A stretch of DNA of 64,000 nucleotides from Anaeramoeba ignava BMAN. Its lineage: Eukaryota > Protista > Anaeramoebae. Below, piece by piece: positions 51,108 to 63,476 of the stretch (its first letter is position 1; every line of letters begins with the position of its first letter). The stretch spans positions 484,099 through 548,098 of the forward strand of contig JAPDFW010000064.1 of assembly GCA_028826165.1 (NCBI GenBank), read 5' to 3'. Made by a program: the position numbers and the translations under genes. Under the pieces are notes generated by a model. That model saw only the letters and a program-made list of their open reading frames with translations. It did not search any database and was not told where the DNA came from.

Positions 51108-54100
51108 TCATTTTTTATGAATTGGATTAATTCTAGTTGATGATTCATTTAAAATTTGCATCCAATCTTTTTTTTCCTCTTCATTTTCACATTTAATCAA
51201 TAAATGTATTCTTGAAGGTTTTTCTCGAATCAAAGAAAAGACATATTTAGATTGATATTTTTCAGCATTAGTCAAATAAATGTGAACATTTTGATTAATT
51301 TGAATTTCTTTTAAAACTTGCGAATTTTGCATTTGATCTTTATAAAAAAACAATTTTTGCAACTTGAACATCATATATCTTTTTTTCCAGTTTGGTGACG
51401 GAATTTCGCGCACAAAAACCCATCCTTTTTTTTCTGTAGATCCTGTTTTTGTGCGGACTAAAGAAATAGTATTTTGTTGATTATCATCTGAATCGGATTC
51501 ATCGTAAGTCAAATTTCTTCTTAAACTACGAAATGAATGTCTTTTTTTATGCGTCAATTTCTGTTCTTTTTTTACTTGTGATTTGACTTTTGGTAAATTA
51601 GTTTGAGTATTTTCATTTTCTGTTGGTTTTGCTTTTTGTTTTTGTTTTTGTTTTTGTTGTTGTTGTTGTAAAAGAAAGTCAAAATTTGATAAACTATATC
51701 TTTTTTCTCTGAAAATATTAAAATGATTTTGAATTGGATTTTCAATTAAATCTGAATTGTGAGTTTCTATTTTATCGTTATTGTTCTCGATTGTTTGGGT
51801 TAAAATTGTTGTTTTTGATTCATATTTTCTTATTTTTTTATCTTCATAGCTTGTTGTTGATTCAAATGATTCTGGAATTTTATTGAATAAAAAAGGTTTA
51901 AAAAAATCTAAAGCTTCAGACATTTTTTGTATTTCATTCTCGTAATTGATTTGTGTAAGAAAGGGTGTATAATGTTGATTTTCAACTATATTTATTCCAT
52001 TCCTTGTTTTGATTGATGAAAGTTCAGCTGCTATTGATAATGCTGATGTTTCTTGATTAAATATTGTTGGGCTAAAAAATTTACTAGCATAAATTGGTAG
52101 TGATAATTTTTGATCTGATGTTAGTAAGAATTGAGATGGGCTTGAAAATGATAAATCGATTGGTTTTTGTGCTGAATCATTTTCGTCGTTTTGAATTTCC
52201 TAAAAATATTTCAAATTAAAATTAAAAATATTTAAAATTAAAATTAAAAATATTTCAAATTAAAAATATTTAAAATTAAAAATATTTAAAATTAAAAATA
52301 TTTAAAATTAAAAATATTTAAAATTAAAATTAAAAATATTTAAAATTAAAATTATTTAAAATTAAAATTATTTAAAATTAAAAATATTTAAAATTAAAAT
52401 TAAAAATATTTAAAATTAAAATTAAAAATATTTAAAATTAATATTATTTAAAATTAAAAATATTTACTGAAATCGCTTTCAAAAATTCAAATCTTTGATC
52501 AAAACTTAATGTTATTTCGGAATTAATAAATTGCATATAAGTTCTATTTGTTCCAAAAGTTTTTGCACTCCCAATATTTTGAATAATAGAAGATAACAAA
52601 AGTAATCCACGACTTGAAGTTTCATTCGGAGAATAATCAATAATACCAAAAGAATTTGGAGCAAGAATAGCAGGACAAAGAAAACGAATGAAAAAAAAGG
52701 CGCCAATGGGATCATAAACATTATAGTTAAATTTACTTTCAGTTTCCTTTTTAATATGATAATTGATTTCTCTTAATCCTTTTGGAATATCACTAACTGA
52801 GTTAAATATCGAATCCAAAAAATTTTTCAAATAACTTGACACGTTTTCCATATTAAGATGAATCTCATCAGATAAATAAGGATCAACCTCAAAACTTTTG
52901 CCACTTTTGCAAAGATTATCAATTTCTGAATGAAAAGTATTATATAAATAACGCTTCCCATAATATCGCGTATATATTTGTATCGACTTGATCGCAACAT
53001 CATTGTCGCGAAATAAAGAATCAGGAGACTTGGATCTCAAAATATGCTGGGAAATCATTGTTTTGATAAAAAGTAACGATGCGCCAAATTGTTCAAAAAA
53101 ATGGAACAGTGATTCTGTTAAAGGTCCTATATAATTTCTACATATATCCTTGTTTGTTGCTGCTGTTAAATATTCAATATCTGACTCATAGAAATAATCT
53201 CCCAAAATCGTCATTCCCTTTTGAACACATACTGGAAATTTGCTATTTGCTTCTTTTGCTTCTTCTTGAATGGTTTTCTCGATTAATTCAAGTAGATCAT
53301 CTGATAGTGAATCTTGGATAATGATTCTTAATAATTGAGAAAAAGTTTCTTTCATTGAGTTATTTATCATTTCATTTGTTTTCTAATTAATTTTTTGTTT
53401 TTTTATTTTTTATTTTTTATTTTTTATTTTTTATAAATTTTTTTGAAAATATTTGAAAGGTTTGATTTTTCTTACATTTAATGAATCTGGAATTTGTAAT
53501 TCATTGAACACATTTTGAAAAGTTATAATAAAATTATTAAATTTAATATGTCCAATAAAGTTTTTGTTTAAATCTCGAAAAATTTTAAGTTTCATTTTTT
53601 GGTTTTCTAAAAAAAAATAAGAACAAAATAAGAACAAATATTAAAATAAATATTAAGATATTAAAATAGAAAATACCTTCATGATTAATAGATAACAATT
53701 GTTCTGAAGTAATTATATCAAGAATTTTTGAAGATAAAGTTTCTTTGAAAATATAAGAATATAAAAAAATGTTAAATAAAGCTTCTATTGTTTGTCTTGA
53801 ACTTGAATTCAAATTTGAGATTAACATCATAATTTTTCTTTTCATATTAAGAATAATATGTTTATCATATAATGGGAGTAGCATTTCTTCTTGTATATTA
53901 TTTTTTAATGAATCTGATAAATGTTTTTCTGATTGAAGAATGGAGAGAATTGCTTGTAAAATCAATTCTACATTTTCATTCAGAAACTTTATAAATTAAA
54001 TTTTAATTAAATTAAATTTTAATTTTAATTTTAATTTTTAATTTTAATTTTTAATTTTAATTTTAATTTTTAATATGAATTTTAATTTAAAATTTGTACT

Positions 54101-57100
54101 TGAGAATTCATAAAGAATTTTGGTTGTATATTTGGCCTAAATTGATAGAATAAATCATCAAATTGATATTGAAGATTAATAAAATCCTCAGAAATATTTG
54201 AATTTGTAATTGATAATTGAATAATTTTATCATTTTCATTTATATTTTCATTTTGATTTTCATTTTCATTTTGATTTTCATTTTGATTTTGATTTTGGTT
54301 TTCCTCTTCCAATGAATCTGATGAATCTTCATCAGTTTGATCTTGGAAATCATTTTGAATAACAAACTCTTCAATAAAATCATTATCATTTATATTTTCA
54401 TTATCATTTATATTTTCATTATCATTTATATTTTCATTTTGATTTTGATTTTCATTTATATTTTCATTTTCATTTTCATTTTCATTTTCATTTTCATTTT
54501 GATTTTGTTTTTGATTTTCATTTATATTTTCATTTTGATTTTGATTTTGATTTTGATTTATATTTTGATTTTTATTTTGATTTTTATTTTGATTTTTATT
54601 TTGATTTTTATTTTGATTTATATTTTGATTTTGTTTTTTATATTTTGATTTTGATTTTGATTTTGATTTTGATTTTGATTTTGATTTTGATTTTGATTTT
54701 GATTTTGATTTATATTTTGATTTTGATTTTCATTTTGATTTATATTTTGATTTTGATTTAATTTTTTTTCTCGGTTTTGAATTTTGTTAAATAAAGGTTC
54801 AAGAATTTGAGAAATCTTAATTTTTTTTTTAAAAAAAACCAAATTATAAATAATTAAATTTTTAGAATCAAAATTATTAAAAAATTTGATAAGAAATTTG
54901 TTTTACTTTTTCATCTGAATTTTTTTTCATCTTATTTTTCGTCTTTTTAATTGGTTTATTTTTCCATAAAAATAATTGTGAATAAAATTGAAGTAATTTT
55001 TCTTGATTTCCCTTTTAAATAATAATGAAAAAAAAATAATGAAAAATTTTTAATAAAAACATTCCTTTTTTAAAAAAATTGAAAAAAATTGATTCAAACA
55101 TTAAGTAGTTGTTCAGAAGTAAAATTAATTAAAACACCTTTTTTCTTTAAAATATTTAAAATTGTTTTCAATGAATTCACTTGATTATTATCTTTTGAAA
55201 AGATTTCATAATTTGTTGATCGATCAATTTTTGATAATAAATTTATAATTGATTTAAGATTCTAAAATAAAAAAATTTGTAAATTAAAATTGTAAATAAA
55301 ATTGTAAATAAAATTGTAAATAAAATTATAAATAAAATTATAAATAAAATTATAAATAAAATTATAAATAAAATTGTAAATAAAATTATAAATAAAATTA
55401 TAAATAAAATTGTAAATTAAATTATAAATAAAAATGTAAATAAAAATGTAAATAAAAATGTAAATAAAATTATAAATAAAATTAAAATCAAAATTAAAAT
55501 TAAAATTAAAATCAAAATTAAAATTAAAATTTAAATAAAATTATAATTAAAATTTGTAAATTAAAATTGTAAATAAAATTAAAATTGTAAATAAAAATTG
55601 TAAATAAAATTATAAATAAAAATTAAAAATAAAAAAAATAAAATAAAAAAAATTAAAATTGTAACAAAAATTATAAATAAAATTGTAAATAAAAATTATA
55701 AATAAAATTATAAATAAAATTGTAAATTAAATTTGTAAATAAAAAAATAAATAAAAAAAATTATAAATAAAATTCATAAAATAAAATTATAAATAAAATT
55801 GTAAATAAAATTATAAATAAAAATTGTAAATAAAATTTAAAAAAATAAATAAAATAAAATTATAATTAAAATTGTAAAATAAAAATTATAATTAAAATAA
55901 ATAAAATTATAATTAAAATTAAATTAAAATTGTAAATAAAATAAAATATAAATAAAAATTGTAAAAAAAATTGTAAAACAAAAATTGTAAATAAAATTAA
56001 AATTGTAAATAAAAATTGTAATTAAAATTGTAAATAAAATTATAAATAAAATTATAAATAAATTAAAATTGTAAATAAAAATTGTAAATAAAAATAAATA
56101 AAATTATAAATAAAATTGTAAATAAAATTATAAATAAAATTGTAAATAAAATTGTAAAATAAAATTATAAATAAAATTATAAATAAAATTGTAAATAAAA
56201 ATTGTAAATAAAATTATAAATAAAAATTGTAAATAAAATTGTAAATAAAATTATAAATAAATTAAAATTGTAAAATAAAATAAAATTAAAATTAAAATTG
56301 TAAAATAAAATTATAAATAAAATTGTAAATAAAATTGTAAATAAAATTGTAAATAAAATTGTAAATAAAAATAAAATAAAATTGTAAAAATAAAATTGTA
56401 AATAAAATTGTAAAACAAAAATTGTAAATAAAATTGTAAATAAAATTGTAAATAAAATTGTAAATAAAAATTGTAAATAAAATTGTAAATAAAATTGTAA
56501 ATAAAATTGTAAAATAAAATTATAAATAAAAAAAATAAAATTATAAATAAAATTGTAAAAATAAAATTATAAATAAAATTGTAAATTAAAATTGTAAAAT
56601 AAAATTATAAATAAAATTAAAATTGTAAATAAAATTGTAAATAAAATTGTAAATAAAATTATAAATAAAATTGTAAATAAAATTATAAATAAAATTGTAA
56701 ATAAAATTATAAATAAAATTGTAAATAAAATTGTAAATAAAATTGTAAATAAAATTGTAAATAAAATTGTAATTAAAATTGTAAATAAAATTATAAATAA
56801 AATTATAATTAAAATTGTAAATAAAATTATAAATAAAATTGTAAATAAAATAAAATTGTAATTAAAATTGTAATTAAAATTGTAATTAAAATTAATTGTA
56901 TAATTAAAATCCTGTTTGGATTGCACAAAAATACTTGTAAATCAGAAAATTGTTTTGCTTTTATTTTTGTTTTATAATTTATCCAATTTAATAATAATTT
57001 TTTTGGTTCTTTTGTTTTAAAATTCTTTTTTTTAGAAAATTCTTTCATTTTTGGATGTAAAGAAACTCTTATTAATAAAGCTTTTAAATTAATTTGATCC

Positions 57101-57102
57101 AT
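51108..57102 (-). CDS. RasGAP with an N-terminal CH-like domain and a C-terminal PH domain; exons 57102-56935, 55261-55100, 55011-54907, 54815-54100, 53986-53677, 53606-53476, 53382-52468, 52199-51108
   Basis: Arg finger SLFRDN, FFFIRFLCPAILAP, IIQNIG; PH KKGWVF...WKKRY...EEEKKDWMQIL; CH-like LLNWIN...FSDLQ...GN. Seven GT-AG introns; probable indel in the NQ tract at ~54635. Confidence 0.85.
55270..56900. repeat. ~1.6-kb 12-nt satellite (AAATAAAATT(G/A)T) forming RasGAP intron 1
   Basis: Directly visible. Confidence 0.93.
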
Positions 57103-57238
57103 TTTTAAATAATAAAGAAAAAAAAAAATTTTTTTAAAAAAATAAAAAAATGAAAAAATGAAAAAAGCAAAAAAAAAAAAAAAAATGAGAAAAAATAAAA
57201 ATAAAAAAATATTTTGTTTTAATTAATTAATTATTTAT

Positions 57239-57796
57239 TTAAAAATTCTTTCTTTGTAGTTTTTGTTTTGTTGAAACTTGAAGAAAACTAAAATGAAAAA
57301 TAATTGAAATTAAACTGAATGAAAAAATTACAAATGATCGAAAACCAATAAAAATTAATAAGAAAAATTCAGAACCTTTTGTTATTTGTTAGTTTTTTTT
57401 TTGATTTAAAATTAAGAAAAAAAAAAATAAATTGAAATAATTTCAAAATTTGATTTAAATTAAATGAATAAAAAATCGGAAAAAAAAAAATTTACAAAAA
57501 ATTATAATCAAAAAAAGAACCAAAACTCTTAAATCCTGATTTGTAAATTGAATAATGTTTTTTTTCTCAAGAAAATTAAACACAACAATTCCAAGAACAG
57601 AAAAAATTGGAGCGAAAATTGTTTTAAAATTGAAAATAACAAGAAGTAACATAAAAATTCCAATAATTATCAAATAATTTGCAAGAAAATAATTAACATG
57701 TATAAAAACTCTTTGAAGCCAATTTTCTAATGAAGGAACTCCAAATTGATGAAAGAATTCTTTTAAACTTCGAATTTTAATTTGATTAAAGTTCAT
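57239..57796 (-). CDS. PRA1 (prenylated Rab acceptor) family membrane protein; intron 57376-57495
   Basis: IRSLKEFF...F.VP...RV..HVNYFLANY plus hydrophobic segments. The intron has an ACTAAC branch site and an AAG acceptor. Confidence 0.75.
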
Positions 57797-57888
57797 ATTT
57801 ATGTTTTTAAAAATGAAAAAAAGAAAAAAGAAATGAAAAAAATGAAAAAAATAATTTTCATTTTTTTTTTCATTTTTTTTTAAAATAA

Positions 57889-60654
57889 ATGAAAATTCGT
57901 CAAATTATTGAAAAAAATAATGTTGAATTATTAAAAAAAGTTGAAATTAATCAATTAAAAGAAAAATCATTCAAAACTACAAAAAATCTTTTATCTTTTG
58001 CACTTGAAAAGAAAGTTTCAAAAGAAATGATTGAAATTTTATTCAAAAATCAACCAAATACAAATTGGATTGATGAATTTTATAGAAATTTTTTACATAT
58101 TGCAATTATGAATGATTCCTCATTTGAAATTATCAAATTTCTTGTTGAAAATTATGTAAATGTGAATCAAAAAGATCATCAAAATAAATCAATAATTGAT
58201 TATTCACTAATTTATTTGAAAAACAAAGATGCCTTTAAAATTATCAAATATTTTGTTGAAGAAAAAGTTGAGATTGATTCAAAAACAAAAGAAAACGAAA
58301 CAGCTCTGCATTTTGCTTGTCAATATCAACCATTTGAGGTTATCAAATATTTTATTGAAAAAGGAATTGATATTAATGCAAAAACAAATAAAGACAAAAC
58401 AGCTTTACATTGTGCTTGTCAAAACCCAAATAATTCAATTGAAGTTACCAAGTATTTAATTGCAAAAGGGCTTAATCTCAATTCAAAAACAATTTACAAT
58501 GAAAATGCTCTGCATTTTGCTTGTGAAAATAATTCACTTGATGTGATCAAATTACTTATTGAAAAAGGAATTGATATTAATTCAAAAAACATTTGGAATG
58601 AAACTCCTTTTCATATTGCTTGCAAAAGTAATCCATCAATTGAAGTTATCGAATATCTTGTTAAAAAAGAAGCTAATATTAATATCTCTTCTAATTTCGG
58701 GAAAGTTCCTTTGTATTATGCCTGCGAAAATCCAAACATTTCATTTGAAATCATCAAATTACTTATTGAAAACGGAGCTGATTTTAATGTTGAAACGGAT
58801 GAAAACGAAACAATCTTGCATTTTGCTTGTAAAAATGGAGACATATCAATTAAAACAATCAAATATCTTATTGAAAAAGGAATTGATATTAATTCAGAAA
58901 CAAATCGAAACGAAAAACCTTTGCATTTTGTATTCAAAAGCAAAAAAATATCACTTGAAATTATCAAATATCTTATTGAAAATGGAACCGATATTAATTC
59001 AAAAACAAATCAAAACCAAACAATCTTGCATTTTGCTTGTCAAAATCAAAACAATTCTTTTGGGATTATCAAATTCCTTATTGGAAATGGAGCTAATATC
59101 AATTCAAAAACAAAATATAATCTAACACCTTTACATTTTGCATTGGAAAACCTTCTCTCACTTGAAATTATCAAATATCTTATTGAAAATGGTGCTGATA
59201 TCAATGCAAAAACAGTTTATGGACAAACACCTCTTCATTATGCTTGCCATTACAAAAATTCATTTGAAGTTATCAAATACTTAATTGATAAAAAAGTTGA
59301 TGTCAACGCAAAAACAAATCAAAACGAAAATGTTTTGCAAATAGCTTGTCAATATAAAAATAACTTTGAAATTATCAAATTTCTTATTGAAAATGGAGCT
59401 GATATTAATTCAAAAATAGCACAAAACCAATCACTCTTACATTTTTTCTGTATCAATAGATCCCCTTTTGAATTGATTAAATATATTGTTGAAAAAGGAA
59501 TTGATATCAATGCAAAAACAAACCAAAATGAAACTGCTTTGCATTTTGCTTGCCAAAATATTTCTTCTGAAATCATAAAATTTCTTGTTGAAAACGGAGC
59601 TGATATTAATGCGAAAACAAATCAAAACGAATCTCCTTTACTTTTGATATGCAATTATCAAAATAATTACGAATTAATCAAATTCTTCATTTCAAAAGGA
59701 GCTGATGTTAATATAACATCAAACAAAAAAGAAACACCTCTCTCTTTATCAATTTCAAAAAAAACAGAAAATGGAAAATTAATCAAATTATTATTAATGA
59801 ATAATGCAAATATTTACGATTTAGAAAAATCTCAGATCACATCACAATTTGTTGAATCGCTTTCTCAGGTTTATTCAATTAATCAAGATTTAAACAATTT
59901 ATTAAAATCAAATGAGGATAATTTATCTGATTTTGAATTTCAATCAATTGATAATTTCAAATTTAAAGTTCATAAATTAATTTTATTAACAAGATTTAAC
60001 AATAATAAAACAATTTTACAAAAATTTATCAATATTTGTAAATCAAAAACAAAACAAGATGCTCAACTTGCTTTAAATTTCATCTATTCTGGATTTTTTG
60101 ATTATGATAAAATGATTGAAAATTTAATTGAACAATCAAATAAGAATAATAATAATTGGATAAGATCACCAAATTTAATGTATATGATAAGAAACTCTGT
60201 TGAAAAAACAAAATTTTGGCCATACACCAATCAAGAAAACGCCGAAGAATTATTTAAAGAAATTGGATTTGATTCAAATTGGATTGAATCTAAAAAAGGA
60301 AGAAAAGGAATATTAAAAGATTTTCAAAAATTATATGAAGAAAATGAAATTAAAAAAGATTTTACAATAATTGTTGAAGAAAAAGAAATTAAAATTCATA
60401 AATTAATATTATTTTTAAGAAGTGAATTATTTAAAGGAATGTTTTTAAGTGTTAATGATTCATCTAATCAAGTTCATGATTATTCAGAAAAATCATTTGA
60501 AACAATTCAACAATTAATTTATTTTTTTTATCATGATAAATTTGAAGAAAACAAAATTAATGAAGAAATTATTGAAGAATTAAAAGATATTAAAGATTTT
60601 TATCAATTAAATCAAAATTCAATAATTGATTTAATTTTAGAAAAAGATTTTTAA
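57889..60654 (+). CDS. Ankyrin-repeat (~17 repeats) protein with two degenerate C-terminal BTB/POZ domains
   Basis: Repeats of ETALHFAC...IIKYLIEKGIDINSK; BTB SDFEF...FKVHKLILLTR and KDFTIIVEEKEIKIHKLILFLRSELFKGMF...LIYFFYHD. Confidence 0.92.
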   Translation: MKIRQIIEKNNVELLKKVEINQLKEKSFKTTKNLLSFALEKKVSKEMIEILFKNQPNTNWIDEFYRNFLHIAIMNDSSFEIIKFLVENYVNVNQKDHQNKSIIDYSLIYLKNKDAFKIIKYFVEEKVEIDSKTKENETALHFACQYQPFEVIKYFIEKGIDINAKTNKDKTALHCACQNPNNSIEVTKYLIAKGLNLNSKTIYNENALHFACENNSLDVIKLLIEKGIDINSKNIWNETPFHIACKSNPSIEVIEYLVKKEANINISSNFGKVPLYYACENPNISFEIIKLLIENGADFNVETDENETILHFACKNGDISIKTIKYLIEKGIDINSETNRNEKPLHFVFKSKKISLEIIKYLIENGTDINSKTNQNQTILHFACQNQNNSFGIIKFLIGNGANINSKTKYNLTPLHFALENLLSLEIIKYLIENGADINAKTVYGQTPLHYACHYKNSFEVIKYLIDKKVDVNAKTNQNENVLQIACQYKNNFEIIKFLIENGADINSKIAQNQSLLHFFCINRSPFELIKYIVEKGIDINAKTNQNETALHFACQNISSEIIKFLVENGADINAKTNQNESPLLLICNYQNNYELIKFFISKGADVNITSNKKETPLSLSISKKTENGKLIKLLLMNNANIYDLEKSQITSQFVESLSQVYSINQDLNNLLKSNEDNLSDFEFQSIDNFKFKVHKLILLTRFNNNKTILQKFINICKSKTKQDAQLALNFIYSGFFDYDKMIENLIEQSNKNNNNWIRSPNLMYMIRNSVEKTKFWPYTNQENAEELFKEIGFDSNWIESKKGRKGILKDFQKLYEENEIKKDFTIIVEEKEIKIHKLILFLRSELFKGMFLSVNDSSNQVHDYSEKSFETIQQLIYFFYHDKFEENKINEEIIEELKDIKDFYQLNQNSIIDLILEKDF

Positions 60655-60744
60655 TCCAAAATAAAATTTTTCCTTTTTTTTCTTTTTTTTTTCCTTTTTT
60701 TTCCTTTTTTTTCCTTTTTTCATTTTTTTATTTTTATTTCAAAA

Positions 60745-63426
60745 ATGAATACTTGGAAAGCTATTGAAGAAAACAATATTGAATATTTAAAACGAATTGA
60801 AGCAATTCCAGCAAATGAATTAATAAAAGAAAACAAACCAATTTTACATTTTGCAATTTCAAAACAAGTTTCAAAAGAAATTATTGAACTTTTACTTTCA
60901 AAAGGAATTGATATCAATTCAAAAACAAATCAAAATGAAACTGCTTTGCATTTTGCTTGTAAAGAAAATATTTCAATTGAAATTATCAATTTACTTATTG
61001 AAAATGGAATTGATATTAATGCAAAAACAAATTGGTATAATGGAACTGCTTTACATATTGCTTGTAAAAATCCAAATATTTCATTTGAAATTATCAAGTT
61101 ACTTGTTGAAAAAGGAATTGATATCAATTCAAAAACAAATGATAATGAAACTGCTTTACATATTGCTTGCAAAGAAAATATTTCACTTGAAATTATCAAG
61201 TCACTTATTGAAAAAGGAATTGATATTAATTCAAAAATAAATAATAATGAAACTGCTTTACATTATGCTTGTAAAGAAAATATTTCACTTGAAATTATCA
61301 AATTACTTATTGAAAATGGAATTGATATTAATGCAAAAACAAATGATAGTGTAACTGCTTTACATCTTGCTTGTAAAAATAGAAATATTTCATTTGAAAT
61401 TATCAAATTACTTATTGAAAAAGGAATTGATATTAATTCAAAAACAGAATATAATGAAACTGCTTTACATATTGCCTGTAAAAATAGAAATATTTCATTT
61501 GAAATTATCAAATTACTTATTGAAAAAGGAATTGATATTAATGCAAAAACAAATAAAAATGAAACTGCTTTACATTATGCTTGTCAAAATAATATTTCAT
61601 TTGAAATTATCAAATTCCTTATTGAAAACGGAGCCGATATTAATTTAAAAACAGAATCGGATAAAAAAGTTTTACATATTGCTTGCCAAAATCCAAATAT
61701 TTCACTTGAAATTATCAAGTTACTTATTGAAAAAGGAATTGATATTAATTCAAAAACGAATTATAATGAAACTGCTTTACATTTTGCTTGTCAAAATAAT
61801 ACTTCACTTGAAATTATCAAGTTACTTATTGAAAAAGGAATTGATATTAATTCAAAAACAAATGATAATGAAACAGCTTTACATATTGCTTGTGAAAAAA
61901 ACTTAAAAGAAATTGTTGAATTTTTGATATTAAAAGGTGCAAAAAATATAAAAGATGAAACAATTGGAGAAACTTTACATTTAGTTTCTGGAAATAATTC
62001 ATTTGAATGGATTAAATTTCTAATTTCAAAAGGAATGAGTATTAATTCAAAAAATAGATTTAAAAAAACACCTCTTTATATCGCTTGTGAAAACAAATCT
62101 TCAATCGAAGTTATCAAATTTCTTGTTGAAAACGGAGCTGATATTAATTCAAAAACAGATCAAAATCATACACCTTTACATATTTCTTGTAGAAATAAAT
62201 CATTTGAAATTGTTAAATATCTTATTGAAAACGGAGCTGATATTAATTCAAAAACATATCAAAATCATACACCTTTACATATTTCTTGTAGAAATAAATC
62301 ATTTGAAATTGTTAAATATCTTATTGAAAACGGAGCTGATATTAATATAAAAGATTCTTCTAAACAAACACCTTTCACAATTATACTTCAATATCTTTCG
62401 CCATTTGAAATTACAAAATTATTGAAACAAATTGGAATTAATACTAATACTAATGAAAATGAAAATGAAAATAAAAATGGAAATGAAAATGGAAATGAAA
62501 ATAAAAATGAATCTTATTTTTCAATTTCAATGAAAAAAAAATTAATCAAATTATTATTAATGAATAATGCAAATATTCTTGATTTAAAAGAAAAACAAAT
62601 CACAAAAGAATTAATTCAATTATTTTCAAAAATTCATTCAATTAATCAAGATTTAAACAATTTATTAAAATCAAATGAAGATAATAATTTATCTGATTTA
62701 GAAATTGAATCAATCGATAATTTCAAATTTAAAGTTCATAAATTAATTTTATTAACAAGATTTAACAATAATCAATTAATTTTACAAAAATTTATCAATA
62801 TTTGTAAATCAAAATCAAAAGAAGAAGTTCAAATTATTTTAAATTTTATTTATTCAGGATTTTTTGATTATGATAAAATTATTGAAAATTTAAATGAAAT
62901 ATCAAATTCAAATCAATTAGAAAGAAAAATGAATGAATCAATAGAGATTATTTCCAGAAAAGAAGAAGAAAATAAATATAAAGAAGAAGAAAAAGAAAAA
63001 GAAAAACAAATTGAAGAATTATTCAAAGAAATTGGATTTGATTCAAATTGGATTGAATCTAAAAAAGGAAGAAAAGGAATATTAAAAGATTTTCAAAAAT
63101 TATATGAAGAAAATGAAATTAAAAAAGATTTTACAATAATTGTTGAAGAAAAAGAAATTAAAGTTCATAAATTAATATTATTTTTAAGAAGTGAATTATT
63201 TAAAGGAATGTTTCAATTAAATATTCAAGATTCATCTAATCAAGTTCATGATTATTCAGAAAAATCAAATGAAACAATTCAACAATTAATTTATTTTCTT
63301 TATCATGATAAATTTGAAGAAAACAAAATTAATGAAAAAATTATTGAAGAATTAGAAGATATTAAAGATTTTTATCAATTAAATCAAAATTCAATAATTG
63401 ATTTACTTTTAGAAAAAGATTTTTAA
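60745..63426 (+). CDS. Ankyrin-repeat / double BTB protein, tandem paralogue 2
   Basis: Same architecture; the last BTB is near-identical in DNA to that of paralogue 1. Confidence 0.92.
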   Translation: MNTWKAIEENNIEYLKRIEAIPANELIKENKPILHFAISKQVSKEIIELLLSKGIDINSKTNQNETALHFACKENISIEIINLLIENGIDINAKTNWYNGTALHIACKNPNISFEIIKLLVEKGIDINSKTNDNETALHIACKENISLEIIKSLIEKGIDINSKINNNETALHYACKENISLEIIKLLIENGIDINAKTNDSVTALHLACKNRNISFEIIKLLIEKGIDINSKTEYNETALHIACKNRNISFEIIKLLIEKGIDINAKTNKNETALHYACQNNISFEIIKFLIENGADINLKTESDKKVLHIACQNPNISLEIIKLLIEKGIDINSKTNYNETALHFACQNNTSLEIIKLLIEKGIDINSKTNDNETALHIACEKNLKEIVEFLILKGAKNIKDETIGETLHLVSGNNSFEWIKFLISKGMSINSKNRFKKTPLYIACENKSSIEVIKFLVENGADINSKTDQNHTPLHISCRNKSFEIVKYLIENGADINSKTYQNHTPLHISCRNKSFEIVKYLIENGADINIKDSSKQTPFTIILQYLSPFEITKLLKQIGINTNTNENENENKNGNENGNENKNESYFSISMKKKLIKLLLMNNANILDLKEKQITKELIQLFSKIHSINQDLNNLLKSNEDNNLSDLEIESIDNFKFKVHKLILLTRFNNNQLILQKFINICKSKSKEEVQIILNFIYSGFFDYDKIIENLNEISNSNQLERKMNESIEIISRKEEENKYKEEEKEKEKQIEELFKEIGFDSNWIESKKGRKGILKDFQKLYEENEIKKDFTIIVEEKEIKVHKLILFLRSELFKGMFQLNIQDSSNQVHDYSEKSNETIQQLIYFLYHDKFEENKINEKIIEELEDIKDFYQLNQNSIIDLLLEKDF

Positions 63427-63476
63427 TCCAAAATAAAATTTTTCATTTTTTTTCTTTTTCAAATTTAAATTTCCAA

